Source: Paraspadella gotoi (taxonomy: Eukaryota; Animalia; Chaetognatha). Taken from it: 42,062 bases of DNA. Below are positions 1-13,149 of this stretch, one piece after another. The stretch covers positions 19,023,485-19,065,546 of the forward strand of contig CM119270.1 of NCBI GenBank assembly GCA_051294375.1, in the 5' to 3' direction. The notes under the pieces are model-generated. The model had not been told where the DNA came from, ran no database searches, and was given only the letters and a program-made list of their open reading frames with translations. The stretch's first letter is position 1. Each line of letters starts with the position of its first letter. The translations under genes were made by a program, and so were the position numbers.

Positions 1-322
1 GGTTCTATCCTTTGACCTTACCCTCGTTCCATTCTAACCTTGTTCTCCGCCATTTTCTCAACTTTCCTTTTTAGATATTTTCTTTTCCTTTTTCCCCCGC
101 TCTGACTTTTCCCTTTCCTTTATACTTCTCTCCTTTTACTTTCCTCCTTTCATAATTTCTATTTCTTCTTTTTCCATTTTCCTTTTTCCTTTTCCTCTCC
201 CCAAATGACTCATTCTCTCTCTTCTTTTCTCCTTCCGGTTTTTTCCCCTTCATAATTTTTTTTTCCGCCGCCGGCAGAGTTTCTTCGTGTTTGTCATTGC
301 TACTTTTTTTCCTTCATTCTTG

Positions 323-402
323 CCGGTGCAGGTCCTCAAAGTCCTCCGGTGCAGGTCCTCAAAGTCCTCCGGTGCAGGTCCTCAAAGTCCTCCGGTGCAG
401 GT
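323..402 (+). repeat. 23-bp tandem repeat, 3.5 copies
   Basis: CCGGTGCAGGTCCTCAAAGTCCT at 323, 346 and 369, partial at 392. Confidence 0.95.
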
Positions 403-873
403 TCTCGATATTTGCCGATGCAGCGCCAATTTGCCCCCTGACTCGCGCCGCGAATGCCCGGCGGCGCCGGCCAGAATTCGCCGAGTTCCGATGCCGAGAA
501 ATTTCGGCGACACGAGTCGCCATTTAACGCCTGATGCCTCAGGTGAAATCGCGGAAACGGAGGCGGCAAATGAGGCCACGAGGGGGCGGTGGTGGCGGCG
601 GAGATGGTGNNNNNNNNNNNNNNNNNNNNNNNNNAAAGAGAGAGAATTTAGAATATACTGTTTATTGTACTGTTGAAATATCTATATGCTTTGAATTATT
701 TTATTAAGTACCCTTTTGAAACTCTTCATAAACATAGAAATAGAGAAACTAATTTGACGTACAATTACTGCTCAAAGCCTCCAAATCATCAATCATATTC
801 TCGGGGGGGCGTTTTAGAAGGAGGACGGACCGGCGGGTCCCTAACACGAGTCGGTGGAGTTAAAATATCTTAC

Positions 874-3800
874 CAATTTGTTAACGCGCCTGAATCTTTT
901 TCAATCTTTTCGTCGTCGAGGATTTTTTCCATTTTTCTATTTCCACGAGGGTCGAGTTGTATTTACTTTGTTCGTCCCGACTCTTCGTGAGTTTCTTGAT
1001 TCGGTTGTTCAACTCGTCTTAGCCTTTCGAAGGATTTTCCTGAAAAAAAAAATAATGACCGAGCAAAACAAACGGTCTCTTTTTTTTTAATATCGTTCAC
1101 TGTTCCAGCAAGGCGTGGCCATTTTTGATCTTCCAAGAACTAAGAGATGACGTTTTCCATTCTCGTGGCCTCCATCTTGCTAAGCGATTTGACGTCTTTG
1201 ATCTCGAAGATTCAAACATGGTTATATCTTTGCTCTTCGCCGCCACTTGGTTTTCGGCGCTTGAGAGCGAGCTGTTCCGATCTCTGCCCTGAAGTCCGAT
1301 CTGCTGCAAGCTGCGTCTTTAGATTATCACTTGCAGAGCAGAAACGAAAATATTGTGATTGGAGTTTAAATCCGGCGCCGACGCCACGACCAAAATGCAC
1401 ATTTACCATTCGACATAAGATTCTTGGTTGCTGCTCAAATTGATCAAATTCTTTCTCTCTTCGTCCATTCTTCTTTGACTTCTCGAACCTTTTGGGAGCA
1501 AAAATCGAGCCAATTAAAGGAATAATATCTCTTTTCCGAAAAGTGGTCCGCATTCTTCTTACCTGAGTCTTGTACAGGGTGGGCGAAATTTTGTTCCCAC
1601 TTCGATTCCTCCTTGAAAGCTCTTTTCACCTGGAGTCGAGACGGCGTTGTTGTTTTCTGAGTTTCCCGAGGTCTTCCTCCAGCCGTTTCCGCGCTCCTTG
1701 AGCGAGGAGACCTCCTTTAAGAAGCTGCCGTTCCCGAGCGCCTTCAGCGTCGAGACTTCCTGGATGGAGCCCTTCAAATCCGATTGGAGCAAGCCGCGCT
1801 CTGGGCCTCTTGGTCGACTTGCAGAGATAATTGCGGACTTCTCAGACTCCAGTCTCAGCCTCCTGCTGCAAAACCGGCCGATCTGCTGTCGCTGTGTCTG
1901 TCACGTCGAGATGAGAATGCGATTTCTCTCTCCGCCTCTGAAAGGCTGTTCTCTTCGAGACAAGACGAATTTTCTTTCCTCGTCGCACTTTGGTTCTGCC
2001 ACTCTTGGATCGTCTCCCTTGTTCGCCATGTGGTCGTGTGGCTACAAATAAGTTAATTTAAATTTATTTAAGAATAACGAAAAATTTAATGAGGCTTGAA
2101 CCATTTTTCTCAACCGCTCTTGAGTCTCCCTGTGCGCGAGAACCTCTTTGGTCGAAGCTTGCTTGCAGGGAGCGAAGTTCGTAATCGAACGACGCTTTTT
2201 CCTTTCGTCGTAATGAGAGATTGTTGCATCCTTAAAGAAGAGAGGATAAAAACAATGCTTAAAGGACGTGCCAAACAAAGACAACCATTCGGGCCTATCC
2301 TCGTACTTTTGATATTCTCCTTGCAATCCGGGCATCCTGTCCTTTAAGTCGAGCGATCTCCGTCGCCAGCGACTTGTTCCGAGGCTTCTAAGTTCGGCCT
2401 TGGCCTCCCGTCGAGTGAGTCTTCGCGTCTTCTCTTGCTCCAACCGAACGTCACCAGTCGTCAACAGTTCTTTCTCGCACGACCGTCTTTTCTCCTTGAC
2501 CAGCAAGTGTAAACTTTTCCTGCAGTTCTTGCATCTGTGCCGTCTGCAATTGATTCTTTTTAGCGATTCGGACAGTTGCCTCGAACTTTGGACGAAAGAA
2601 ATCTTCTTTTCCGTCTAAAATAGTATGAGGGATAAAAATATTATGCGAGCAACAAAAAAATAAAGAAGCAGACTTCAAATCTTCTGCAAGGATCGAAACC
2701 TGTAATTTTTCTCAAAAAGCTCATTGACGCTCTTTTCGGCGGCGGAAGCTTTGTCCTTGAAGTCTCGAAGCTCTCCTCGGCTCATCCTCTCGAACTTCTT
2801 CCGACTCGGCCTCTAGAGATCTCCATGCTCGGCCGTCCGTTTGGCCAGGCTCTGCTTCTCTCAGCTCCTCTCCTTCGGCGCGAAACGGGAAGGATTCCTT
2901 CAGTCGTGACTACAACATGGCGACCTGAGGGAAATAAAAACGATAAAAAACTGAAACCGAGCGCTGAGCCAATCAGCCGCCCGAATCTTCGTACCTGTCT
3001 TTCCAATTGCTGATGCTCCTTCTGTCGATCGCCCAACCTGACTTCCGCCTCTTTGATGGCGTTGCGGTACTTGACTTCAATCTTTCCGCGAACGAACGAC
3101 CCTCCTGCAACTTGGCCTCCAACTCGACGACGCGTTGGAGTTTTCGTTCTCAGCTGACGTTCGTTGTTTGTTGGAACGTGTTGGGTTCGGCGCCAACTTA
3201 GAGTCGGCCATCACTCTGAAATTACACGGGGGCAGAGAGTGCCAAGTCTAAGATTATTACACAAATACACATCCCTAACCCTTCCTCGACTCACTGATGA
3301 TCCGCGGGAAAAACGTAAACCCGATGAAAAGGTAGGTGATTTCCGGCGAAGGCCTCGGTTCCGGAAAAGTCTCCTCCGGCGCCGAATCCTTTTCAATCTC
3401 GTCGAAGTAGAGAGGTGTCGTCGTCTGCGGTCAGATCGGCACGAACGGGGGCGCACGTGTCACGGATGTTCTCCCACGTCCACTCGTCGTTTGGAAACGT
3501 TGTCGCTGGAAGATTAAAGCTAATTAGTGGTAGAAAGAGTTTTTGTCCAAAATTCGTTCGCCGTCGCCACACATCGAAACCGTCTTAACCTGGATCCTCC
3601 GCGATGCTCGTTTCTTCCCAAGCGGTGTTTTCCCGTCGGTGAGAAAAGGCGCAAATCAAGGACTTGGCCTTGAGTACCGAGGATCTCGATGTCGGAGGGG
3701 AAGCTGAAACAAGACAAATTTAATTAATTACAAATGACATTTCTGCTTTGACTTTTCCCCCCACACCATGAGATTATTTTTGTTGGTCCATGATCTTTCC

Positions 3801-5127
3801 ATAGGTTCCGACGAAGAGAGTCGGCGTAGAAGGGGTGGTCCCGACGAGCATCTCGTAAAGAGAAAGACGCCGACCAGACCACCAGTCGCACTCCTTTTCG
3901 TAAACGCCGCCGCTGTCTGTCCGTGACCCTAAGAAACCGATTGGTTTTGGAAAGAGGAATGAAAGGAATCCGGAAGATAGAAGTTTTAATCGAATAACGA
4001 GATAATAATAGACCTTAACCTGACTCTTGAGCACTCCGGAGAAGATATAGTCGGGCGTGCCGACGGCGGTGTCGACCGGACGAGTCAGTCCTTGTCCATC
4101 TTCATGCATGTGCCGAAGTCGGCGAGCTTCAGTGACCCCGAGCGTCTAACAGCATATTGTCAGGCTTTACGTCCCGATGAGTAATCTGAGACGAAAAAGG
4201 GTTGAGGGGCTTCATTATAGACTCCAACCTTCCCCCCTCCTCTTCCCTTTCAACCTCCCCATCTTGTGCACGGCATCGACGGCCATTGACCACCTCGGCC
4301 GTGTAAGAACCGCGCCCGCACTTCTCGGGGACGTCGTACTGGCCCATCAGGTAGACGAGGTCTCCGCCGGCATGTAGTCCATCACCAATGTAGAGATACT
4401 TGTGGTCTTGGAATAGCGTAATGCAGGCTTGACTATCCACCGGTGCAGTCCGCTTGGCCATGATGTCCTCTCCTACCCAGAAGAAGGCCCGAGATTCGGA
4501 TCGTCTTGATCAATTTCGTATTTGGAGAGAAGCTTCATTGCCGTGAACCTAAGGGACGAAATATGATATTTGAAGTCATTATGAGATTTTTGAGGAAAGG
4601 AAAAATTTCCTTGTTCACTGACCCTCTTTATATATCGAATTATATATCGTAATTTTAGGTTAAGCGGTAATTTTAAATTATCCCATAATAAATTAAGAAG
4701 CAGATTCTTGCCTTTTTGCTAGGAAATCATGTCTGACAAGTTGAACTTCGCCAAAGGCACTCTGGCCAATTGGTCTTGATGAAGTGATAATCGTTGACGT
4801 GCATTCGGTGTTTCGAAACATCTTGACTACTAGCTTTCGTATCTAGGAGAAAGAGAAAGGATTTTAATGCGTTTAAAATGCTTTAAATATATGATTAAAA
4901 TATCTTGAAATACATAAATACAATGGATAACATCAGCACGCTCACCGATTTGAGAAAATTTTCCACGTTTCTGTCTTCCTGAGGGCGGGGTAATTTGCAA
5001 GTCGTTGACCGAGGGCCTGGAATGCCCCGTCGAGCAGCCGTCCACTGAGAGCGGATTCATGGGGTAACCGCCGATGCGCTCGTTCAGAAGTCCCATCCGC
5101 CGCGTTTCTATATTCGGCGGACGACAT
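874..5127 (-). CDS. ROCK: Rho-associated coiled-coil kinase (ROCK), multi-exon, 3' part missing; many frameshifts, probably sequencing errors
   Basis: ATG at 5127. Joining frames gives the ROCK N-terminus (..LSVDGLLDG..ALV...NYPALRK...ENFLNR) and kinase motifs [73 protein letters not shown] and GTYGKIMD. These are followed by the AGC tail AFAGNHLPFIGFTF (~3310-3360), a long E/K/R coiled coil (~1100-3200) and the Rho-binding-region motif QAVNKL ending at a GTAAG donor (873). Introns are short. PH/C1 exons were not seen before the gap at 610-634. Confidence 0.93.
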
Positions 5128-5859
5128 GGTGGCGTCCTCGACGGGGCCGCGGGGGAGACGTCGGGTAGTGGAAGGAGGAAACACAAAACGAAGAAGAGGA
5201 CTAGAGAGGTAGCGATGGGTCAGAGAGGCATTGGGTTGGCCGGTTGCTGGGGTAGTGAAGTAATGAAGTCGAGTATAAAGCCCGTTTCAATGTAACCAAC
5301 CTTAAAAGGCAAAAGCGAAATATCGAGAAATAAAAAACTTTTCGGGCCTCTCTACTTTCTAGAGCTTTTGATAAAGCAAGGAATAATCAGATAATTTCGC
5401 TTTGAATTCACAGCTGATCGAACGAGATTACTTTTGAGAATTCGAAAAATCCGATAAAATTTGAAACCTTTTTAATTCCCGAAATCAGTATGACTTCATT
5501 TCCGCTACAATGTTCGTAATTTTCTCTTACGTTACAAATATTAATAAAATTAAATCAAATAACGTTATATCTTTAGCCACCTTTGTAAAATTTTAAAAAT
5601 TAATCTCATCAAATTAAATAATCGCGAAATGCAACTTCCCACCTACGAGGCGCCGCAGTCAACGCGAAAGGAGGGAATCGAGGGCGGGAAGTGGTTAAGG
5701 CGTCGCCCCTTTATTTGCCGCACGAGAGTCGAAGAAATTCGCGGCGAAGGTAAAAGGATTCGATTTTTTCCCTTCATTTTTTTTTCGCTTTTTTCGTTAA
5801 AAATAAATCCCTGGCAGAAAAGCGAGAAAGTTGGCGAGGCGATCCGGGAAGGAAGATTA

Positions 5860-8800
5860 GCGAGTTGAACGAGTCGATCTCGGAGTTGTCCCTCTTCGAT
5901 AATGATGGCGGCGAACCTTAACTCGTTTAACAACTCGGAAAATTCAAATGCCCGGGAAATTCTCATCCTCGCGGGTTTGAGGCCGGGCGCGGACTGCTGG
6001 CAAAAGGGGCGGGCGTCGGAAACTGGCAAAAGGGGCCGATGGACACTTTTACGACGGAGGCGATCGATCGGGATCGGCGTTGGCCTTTTCATCGTCATGG
6101 GGCTGAAAGGCACTTCAACCACTCGAGTTTTGTTTTATTCCCCGCAATTCAGTTAGGCAGTTTCATGAATCATCGGCGGAAAGAATCAGAACCGCAAAAA
6201 TATCAGAAGAAACATGTTTTCAAGTTTAGAATTATTGTTTGTAGAGCCTGGAGGAGGAAGAAAGGGTAAAGTAAAAAAAAAAGAAGAAAACTGCCGATAT
6301 GACGAGGAAAGAAGATCGTGTTAAAAAAAATAAACCATAACCGTTTTGAGATGAGTTGAACAACGTGTTGTGCGGATTAAAAGAACCCAATTGGAACGCG
6401 TAAAAATTCACGGACTAGAAAAAATAATAAACCATTAAAAATATGTACTCGAGCAGCTGTCCGTCTCACGAAAATTTCATTTCCATACACAAATCTGTAA
6501 ATCTTTTCCCCCCTTTTTCTAATCCTCAAGTTTAGAAAAAAAGAAGCCCAAAAGTTTTTTTTTTCCCTGCTCCGGTTTAAGCAAAATGTACAGAAAACGT
6601 TTGTCCGAGAGAGTTAATGATCGCAGAATGTGAGGAATTCAAAAACGCCTCGAAGCAGGCACCTTGCATCTTTTTCCAACACAATGAAGAAAAAAAAGTG
6701 GAAGAAAAATTATTCTATCCTGATTGGAAAACGGATTCCGGAGCTTCGCTGGCTGGCCGAGATAACATTTATATTAGTGAAGAAAACATTAACTTTGCGG
6801 GGGACAAATGAGAAGACGAGATAGTTTTAGGGAATTCAATTTCCTGTCAAAAAAGGCAAAACCTGCCTGGACATTAATTACTAAAAAAAAAAGAAAAAGA
6901 ATAAAACAGCACGTCAAAGCTTTACTAACTACATTCAAAATAGGATTTAAATTTCAATTAAACTTAAATTTTTGACATTTTAAAAACATTTTTAATGCCT
7001 GTTATATAAATAGGTGTAAAAGCTTCGTAAAGTGGCCGGTACCTCGAAAAATAATTAAAACACAGCTATTTTGGTGGCCAAAAAAAAAGTTTTTGTTCCA
7101 TAAGCCATTCAACCCGGTCGCCCACTATGAATACCCTCACAAAACAAAAATACAAGTTAATGCTAACATTAGAAAAGGGCTTGTTGCAACTTGAAAAGAG
7201 GTAAGTTAAACAACAATCCGAGGCCTAAGAGAGGCTTACCAAAAGAAAGACGGCTGCCATAAACCGAATCCAATGAACAAATCCTGATTAGTATATATGC
7301 ATAGGCAACAAAGATTAGCGAATAAGTGTAAATACCTAGAATCACTGTATAAAAAAAATGTAATACTACGACCGCCAAATATTTGCTATCCTCACCCCAA
7401 GTGATTTAGCCAAAATATTTCATCCTAACCCCAGTGATTTAGCCAAAGCAACGTCCCTTTTCTAATTACGAATTTTGTCGAACTCTTTACCCAGAAAAAA
7501 CTTCTTCTCGGCCAATCCCCAAAGTTTTGCGCGTCACCAAAGGGGTTCTCGAGTCCACACGGGTACAGCTCGATCTGCCGTGTTGCGGCCTGCGACGGGT
7601 GATGCAGCACCTGCGGCGTCGCCGGTTTGCTCGACTCCAAGTGCAGCAAAGTCCGAGGCTATTCCCGAACGAAGTCGGCAACATGGTCGAAACAAGTCCG
7701 TTTTGATTTGGCTCGAGGACGAGGAGGACGGGCCGACTCCGGCGACGGAGAAAAGTTGGGATTGGAAACGTCGTCGAGCGCGGACAACGAAGGAAGAGGG
7801 TCCTATTTTTAGAAAGGCTGGACATGCTTGAAACGAAGGAACGCCGGGAAGAATCACGACGGCGCTTTTCGAGTCGGGAACTAACGGTCGAACTGGCGCC
7901 AAAGAAGCCGGCGCCCATCGGGTTTCCCAATCGCGAACGGCGCGAACATAGGCGGACTGTCGCCTGACGTTCCGACGATGAGATCGAGCCGGGAGTCGAG
8001 GTTGGCGCATTTGCTGCAGATTCGACGGAAGGGAAGCGAAGACGTGGGTCGAGATGCAGGAACGAAAAGTCGGGAATGTGGGAATCAAGTCGGCGCCAGA
8101 GCGCAGCGGAGAACCAAGGCCCGCGCACGGGAGGTTGAGAAGGCCGCTGGCTGCGCTGCTGAAAACGGAGGAAAAGAAATTGGGCGAGAAGTCAAGGCGT
8201 CGGAGGCAAAATGCTCTCGTGAGATTTGGGATTGGTGTGGTGCGTTTCGTGGTTGAGATGAAGCGGATCGAAAATTGAGGTCCTTCCAATCGAGAGGTCG
8301 CGTCTTCGAGGGTGATCAATGTCGTCCGCATCGGGAACGGAGCACGTTACCGTGTTTCCACTGGGAAGCGCAGAAACTTAAGCGAGGAGTCGAATTAAAC
8401 CGATTGTCCAACGGTCGGCCGAACTTCTTATGTGAAGGAAATATTCGCCGTTTGTATAAAGATCATTTCTGAAAGAAAGAATTCTTATATCAAAAAGGGT
8501 CCTAAAGAAATAAAATTAAAAACTGACCCGTTCGTCGTCGTCGTCGTCGGGCCGCGTCCCGATAGAGCTTTTGCGAATCTCTCAACTCACGGAAGTCAAT
8601 CTTTTGAGTATTTCCGGCAAAGATGAAGATTGTTCGCGTTGCCGAATTCCCTGACCGCTTTGGCCGTCTCGCTTCACAGTCGTGCCTTTCGATTACGGCG
8701 ACGGGGCGGCAACTGACGCTGTAGAGCCCTTCTGCGCTCGTTCCTCGAGCGTCCCTAGTCGCGGTCGAGGCGGGGCGCGGATGGGCCGTCCAGATGGCTT

Positions 8801-9919
8801 GATGTCCGGGTGTTGGGACGCGGTTTACGTTTGAACGACGGATTGGCGTTTCTCCCGCCAGACGAGAAGCGACCGTAGGAAACTTGGTAGATGTCCGGAC
8901 GTGAATTTGACGTCCTTAGTAAGCAGGTAGAGGAATCAGCGCTAGCAGTGGATCGCCAAAGTTGGGGCTTTCGTGGAAAGGTCAGCTTGGCGTTCTCAAT
9001 GGCAGACGCCGCTCATCGCCAAAGGGCAACGAAAAGTAAACACAACTTATAGAGCAAAACACCGAGCGAACCAGACGTCGGCCTTCACGCTGGATGGGCG
9101 CGCGCGTCGCCAAAAACGGAAGCGACCAAGTTCGCGGGCGCGTAAGAGGCCGTCGTGTAACGCTTTACTTCCTCTTCCATCACCGCTAGAGATTGGGCGG
9201 GGCGAACTCGCGACGGGGTAGGCATGACCCGAAATCGCAAAGGACGTGACGTCGCGACGATCGCGACCAAGGAAGTTTCTCCCACCTTCAAATCGCGGTG
9301 GAATGAGCGGAGGGTCCGGATGGTGGAGCGTGCCCTGCTCGGCAAAACGTCGCAAAGATCGATAAAACTGAGAAAAAAAAAAAGGCGACGGAAAGGCACT
9401 ACAGATTTATTATCAAAAATCAGCTGTTTAATTACCGCACCTTCCTCTTTTCGACAGCTTCCTCCCAACATCGGTGTCCTCGAGTTCATTCAATTGAGCA
9501 GAGGACCTCCGGCGTAAAAGCGCGTCAGAATGCAGCACGCTCGTAGACGCCCTCGGAACGGGCTTCAACCGCTGAGTCCGCGTACTCGAATTCACGAGCA
9601 AGGGTTTCGTCCTTGAGGCAGTGCCGCAATACCGCGGATTTCCCGTTGCACACCTTGAGATCGTTGGCGTTGTTCACGTACATGCCGTTTGAGAGCGAGG
9701 TCGGTTGTCGTTGTGTTTCGGAGAAATAGGGGGGAGCGTCCGTTTGACGCCGCGATGGCCCGCGTGCGGACGAGAAAGAAGAGAGCCGAACCCGCCCCTC
9801 GCAACCAGCTCGTTCCACCGACCACGCGGTGTCGTCCCGTGCCACCTCTTTGCCCGAAACCACTCGTGCGGGGCCCGGCGCCGCCGCGGGGCTGAGGTCA
9901 CGTTGAAGAGGCGCTTCAT
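5860..9919 (-). CDS. AAK1: NAK-family Ser/Thr kinase (AAK1/BMP2K-like); kinase domain ~8860-9850, low-complexity tail; 3' end approximate; frameshifted
   Basis: Starts MKRLF at 9919. Across frameshifts: (A)EGGFG..FLVRT, LALKRMYVNNANDLKVC, YADSAV, GVYEV, VLSIFCDV (spliced 9441/9367), LHHPDPPLIHRDLKVENFL, VLCDFGS, MEEEVKRYTTASYRAPE, VKADVW.LG.LLYKLCYFSLPFG and RPDIYQVSY. These match the AAK1/BMP2K kinase motif series. Minus-strand introns at 9368-9440 and 8469-8527. Downstream S/P/T-rich exons with NPF/APF-type motifs (7490-8460, ~5860-6120) fit the endocytic tail, but this extent is less certain. Confidence 0.85.
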
Positions 9920-10446
9920 GTCATTTGTTAGATAACTGTAGGGAAAACACTGTAAGAAAAGGAAAAACTATGTAACGCCGAGGGTTTTTGAAAAAAGCGC
10001 CGAACTCCGAATCACACATACGCGCAACGAAATGACAAAACTATTTGAATAATTTTTAACTCTAACCAACCAAAAATAAATTAACAAATGACATGTAAAT
10101 ACGAAGCAATCTTCGATGCCAATCGACGAAAGAAACTACTTGGAGGAATTCAATTAATAAAATAATTCAAATTAGTTCGTCTACCCAATTATTTATTCTT
10201 AAATAAAATCCTTCCAAACATTGATTTGTCGATCTTTTTTCTAATTGGCACTCATGAAAGCTTGCAGCCAAATTTTAATTTCACAGTTAAAAAGAAAACG
10301 TAGGGAAGGACAGCGTGATTCGTACGAGGGCGTCGAACATTAACGGTTTTCGAAGGTCGCCCCCTCAATGTAGGGCCTTCATCAGTAACATATTTTAAAC
10401 AGGCGGGCGGTTGGGCACAGGGGCGTGGAACTGGTTTTCGCTTTAT

Positions 10447-12739
10447 TCAGCGGAAATTTTCGATGACGGAATCGGCGTGCGCAATGTCCGCCAATAATGT
10501 TCCGCGTTTCTCTGCCGCAAGTGTTCCCTCGGAAAGCTCTCCGTGGGGCAGACCTTGAATTTCAATTTCGCCGAAATTTCTCCTTAACAACCATCCCTCC
10601 GCAGAACCAAAAGAGCATGCTGTTCATTAACGAAACGGCGCCATATCGTCTCCTTCCTTGCTCCTTCTTTCCTCCTTCCTCCCGCCTTCCTTCCCACTTG
10701 ATCCGATGGAGGCAAAAGCCGAGACAACTTTTTTCTGCTGCTTGGTCCTCCTTCGAACGATGACGATGTTGTTGTCTTTGCACATGATGGACGGCGCCCG
10801 TCATCTGAAGCTGAATTCGCGTTCGCCTCCACCTTGAATTTTTTGGCGGGATCGGAAGAGCTGCTTGACGGATAGACGGCGCGTGGACGCCGCCCGTCGT
10901 GTCCTCGACAATTTTTTCGTTTTCTTTCCGAGCGCTGTTCCGGGGTCACTTGCGGGCCAGCGTTGGCCTCTTCGTGGAGACGCTGACGCTTGGAACATCT
11001 GGGCCCGACGTGGCCTCCAATCTTAGTAGGGTCGGCGACGGCTCGGTGCCGAGCACCCTCATCAGATTGGAGATTCTCATCTTGGGCTCGGGCGGAGACC
11101 TCGAAGGCCGAGACGGGCCTTCTCCGTCTTTTCCTTGAAGCGCCTCGTTGCGCGTTTGGATGAACGACGAAGTTTCTTTCGCTCTTTTTTCGTACAACAT
11201 GATCGGGAGGTGGACGGCTTTCCGCGCATCCCGGCGGCTCCATCTGAAGTGGATGTTCGATTAAATTCGTGATGACGCCGTCCGTTTATGGCGTCGGCGC
11301 CCTTTTCCTCCCAATAGTCCCGTAGCAGGCGTCCTCCAGGATGTAATAGTCCCACCATTCCCCTGAGGAATTCTCGCCTTCGATGGCGCCCTTTTTGGGC
11401 ATGAGGGCCGGCGAGACGGGCCGCCGATGATACCCCGTCTTTTTGGCGGCCAGAGATACTTGGTTTTGCAGGCGTTCGAGTTGAGCCTTGCCTGAGTCGC
11501 CGACGGCCATCTGTTGAAACTTTCGCGGCGTCGTGGAACTTAAAGGCGCGTTTTGGTTCTGGCGAGACTTGGCGTCCAAAATCCGGTTGTCCAGACATAT
11601 TTGTTTTCCTCCACCACTCGGCGAGGCACCACCAAGAACTGGACGCCCTTCTTCATCTCCTCTTTGTGAATAAGGCCCTAAAAGATTGGCTTTCAACTCG
11701 GGGACGCGAGGAGCTAAGGTGATCTCGTTGCCCCTCAGCATCGAGGGTTCGTCTTCTGAGTCGACTGATCAGTTTCGGCGCCTGATTTTTCGACTTTTTC
11801 GGCCGCCGGCTTTGCGGCGGCAGCGGCCTTTGGCCTTATCTCAAAAACCGACTGAGATCGGGCATCCATAGTCATTCTTCTGCAACTTGGCCTTTATCTT
11901 GGCCTGCAACTCAGGCGGCGGCTTGAGTTTGTCTGTTCCTCGGGGGTTGATGACTTTGCTGCAGGGATCCGGGAATAGAAAGATCGGGGTCTATCCGCAG
12001 GTAAAGGGAAGGTTCGGGACGTTGGGGTGAATACGGGCGGCGGGGGTAGGCGGGACCTCGTGGCACGCCCATCTCTGCTTTTTTCAAACGGCTATCATCT
12101 TTTTGGCGTTTCTCCATTAAAGCCTGAATCTGGGCTCGGGTGTCAACGGCACGGGAGTTTTCGTTCTTCGTTGACATCGGGCACTTGATCCACAGTAGCG
12201 GCGGCGGCGTTGAGAAGCTCTGAAGGAGTTGCGGCGGGTAAAGCGCCAGCCGGCGCGTTTTGGCAGGATAGCGGGTGGGCACGGCGTTGTTGTTGCTGCC
12301 CAGCGTTACCATTCGTGGAAGACTCGTTACCGGCGTCTTTTTAATCATCTCCGAAATTTCCGCACTCGTCCGGTTCGATTTCGTTTGGCAGCTTCCACGC
12401 GCGAACGAGAGCGCGCTCGCTGGAGGTCCAGTTCCAGGAAGAGACGCTCGCCTTCGCAAAAACGTTCTGCGCTGCCTTTCGTCGGCAAAAGATCCTGAGT
12501 TTTATCAGAATATTTAACTGAAACGTTTAATGTTTAATCAGAATGTTTAACTGAAAAATGTCGACAATTAAAACAAACCCTGAGGAAGCTTTGGTTTTCC
12601 TCTTTATCGTATCCCTTTCCATGCACGTAAGAGCTGCGTGCGCCACGCCTCCAGCCTCCTCGAAACCCGAAACCTTTAAAAACGGTGGAACTCGACCCAC
12701 GGTTTGAGACTCTTACCGCTTCTTTTCGAGACAATGCAT
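10447..12739 (-). CDS. PRPF3: U4/U6 snRNP protein Prp3; frameshifted, probably sequencing errors
   Basis: ATG at 12739 opens a PWI-like start (M.LSRKE...KPWVE.TV.K..GF...GKGYDK), then an intron at ~12495-12578. Later motifs: AQIQALME, ELKANL, RAFKFHD, KAQLERLQNQVSLAAKKTG, EWWDYYIL, KKERKKLRR, EKARLGL.PPPEPKMRISNLMRVLGTE, AVADPTKI, KRQRLHEEANA, DPAKKFKVEANA, LHRIKW and AEHYW near the stop at ~10447. Confidence 0.93.
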
Positions 12740-13149
12740 GTTGTTCGGCGTCATAATTAGCGACTGAAGAAATGTACAAGTGTAGTATATATAATACATA
12801 TAAAAAAATCATATTGAGGAATTTGGTCCCGCTCCAAACGTAAACAACATGGTAAACAAACAAAAGAAACAAAACATCGGTTCCGGTCCCAGAAATCCGA
12901 CAACGGAAAACAATTCTGGAGCGGCAAGCATAACCGTAGTTACATAAAAAACTAAGGAATAAAAGCAAGTAAAACATTGACAATGACGATTTTCGTCGGC
13001 ATCGAATGACCTCGGAATGATCTAAAAAATGTGTCTAAAATTGTCCGGGCATTTTTGAAAAAGATTTGAAACAGGATTTATGGTTGGCCCAAACCGTCCG
13101 TTCCAACCGCCATGTGCTCGAAACCGCGAAGAAAATCGCCCTTCCATTG

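Noticed and set aside
7475-8472. Plus-strand ORFs read as a separate gene
   Set aside because: Splice signals here are on the minus strand and the region continues the AAK1-like tail; the plus ORFs are antisense shadows.
9250-9700. HxD motif ('SFHRD') suggesting a TET/JBP dioxygenase, and a Pif1/RecD-like 'N...VCNG' motif
   Set aside because: Correcting frameshifts gives HRDLKVEN..DFG and ALKRMYVN, i.e. a NAK protein kinase.
635-12739. Calling ROCK, AAK1 and PRPF3 pseudogenes or programmed-frameshift genes
   Set aside because: Indels are scattered across all three genes while amino-acid motifs stay conserved, which fits sequencing error better.
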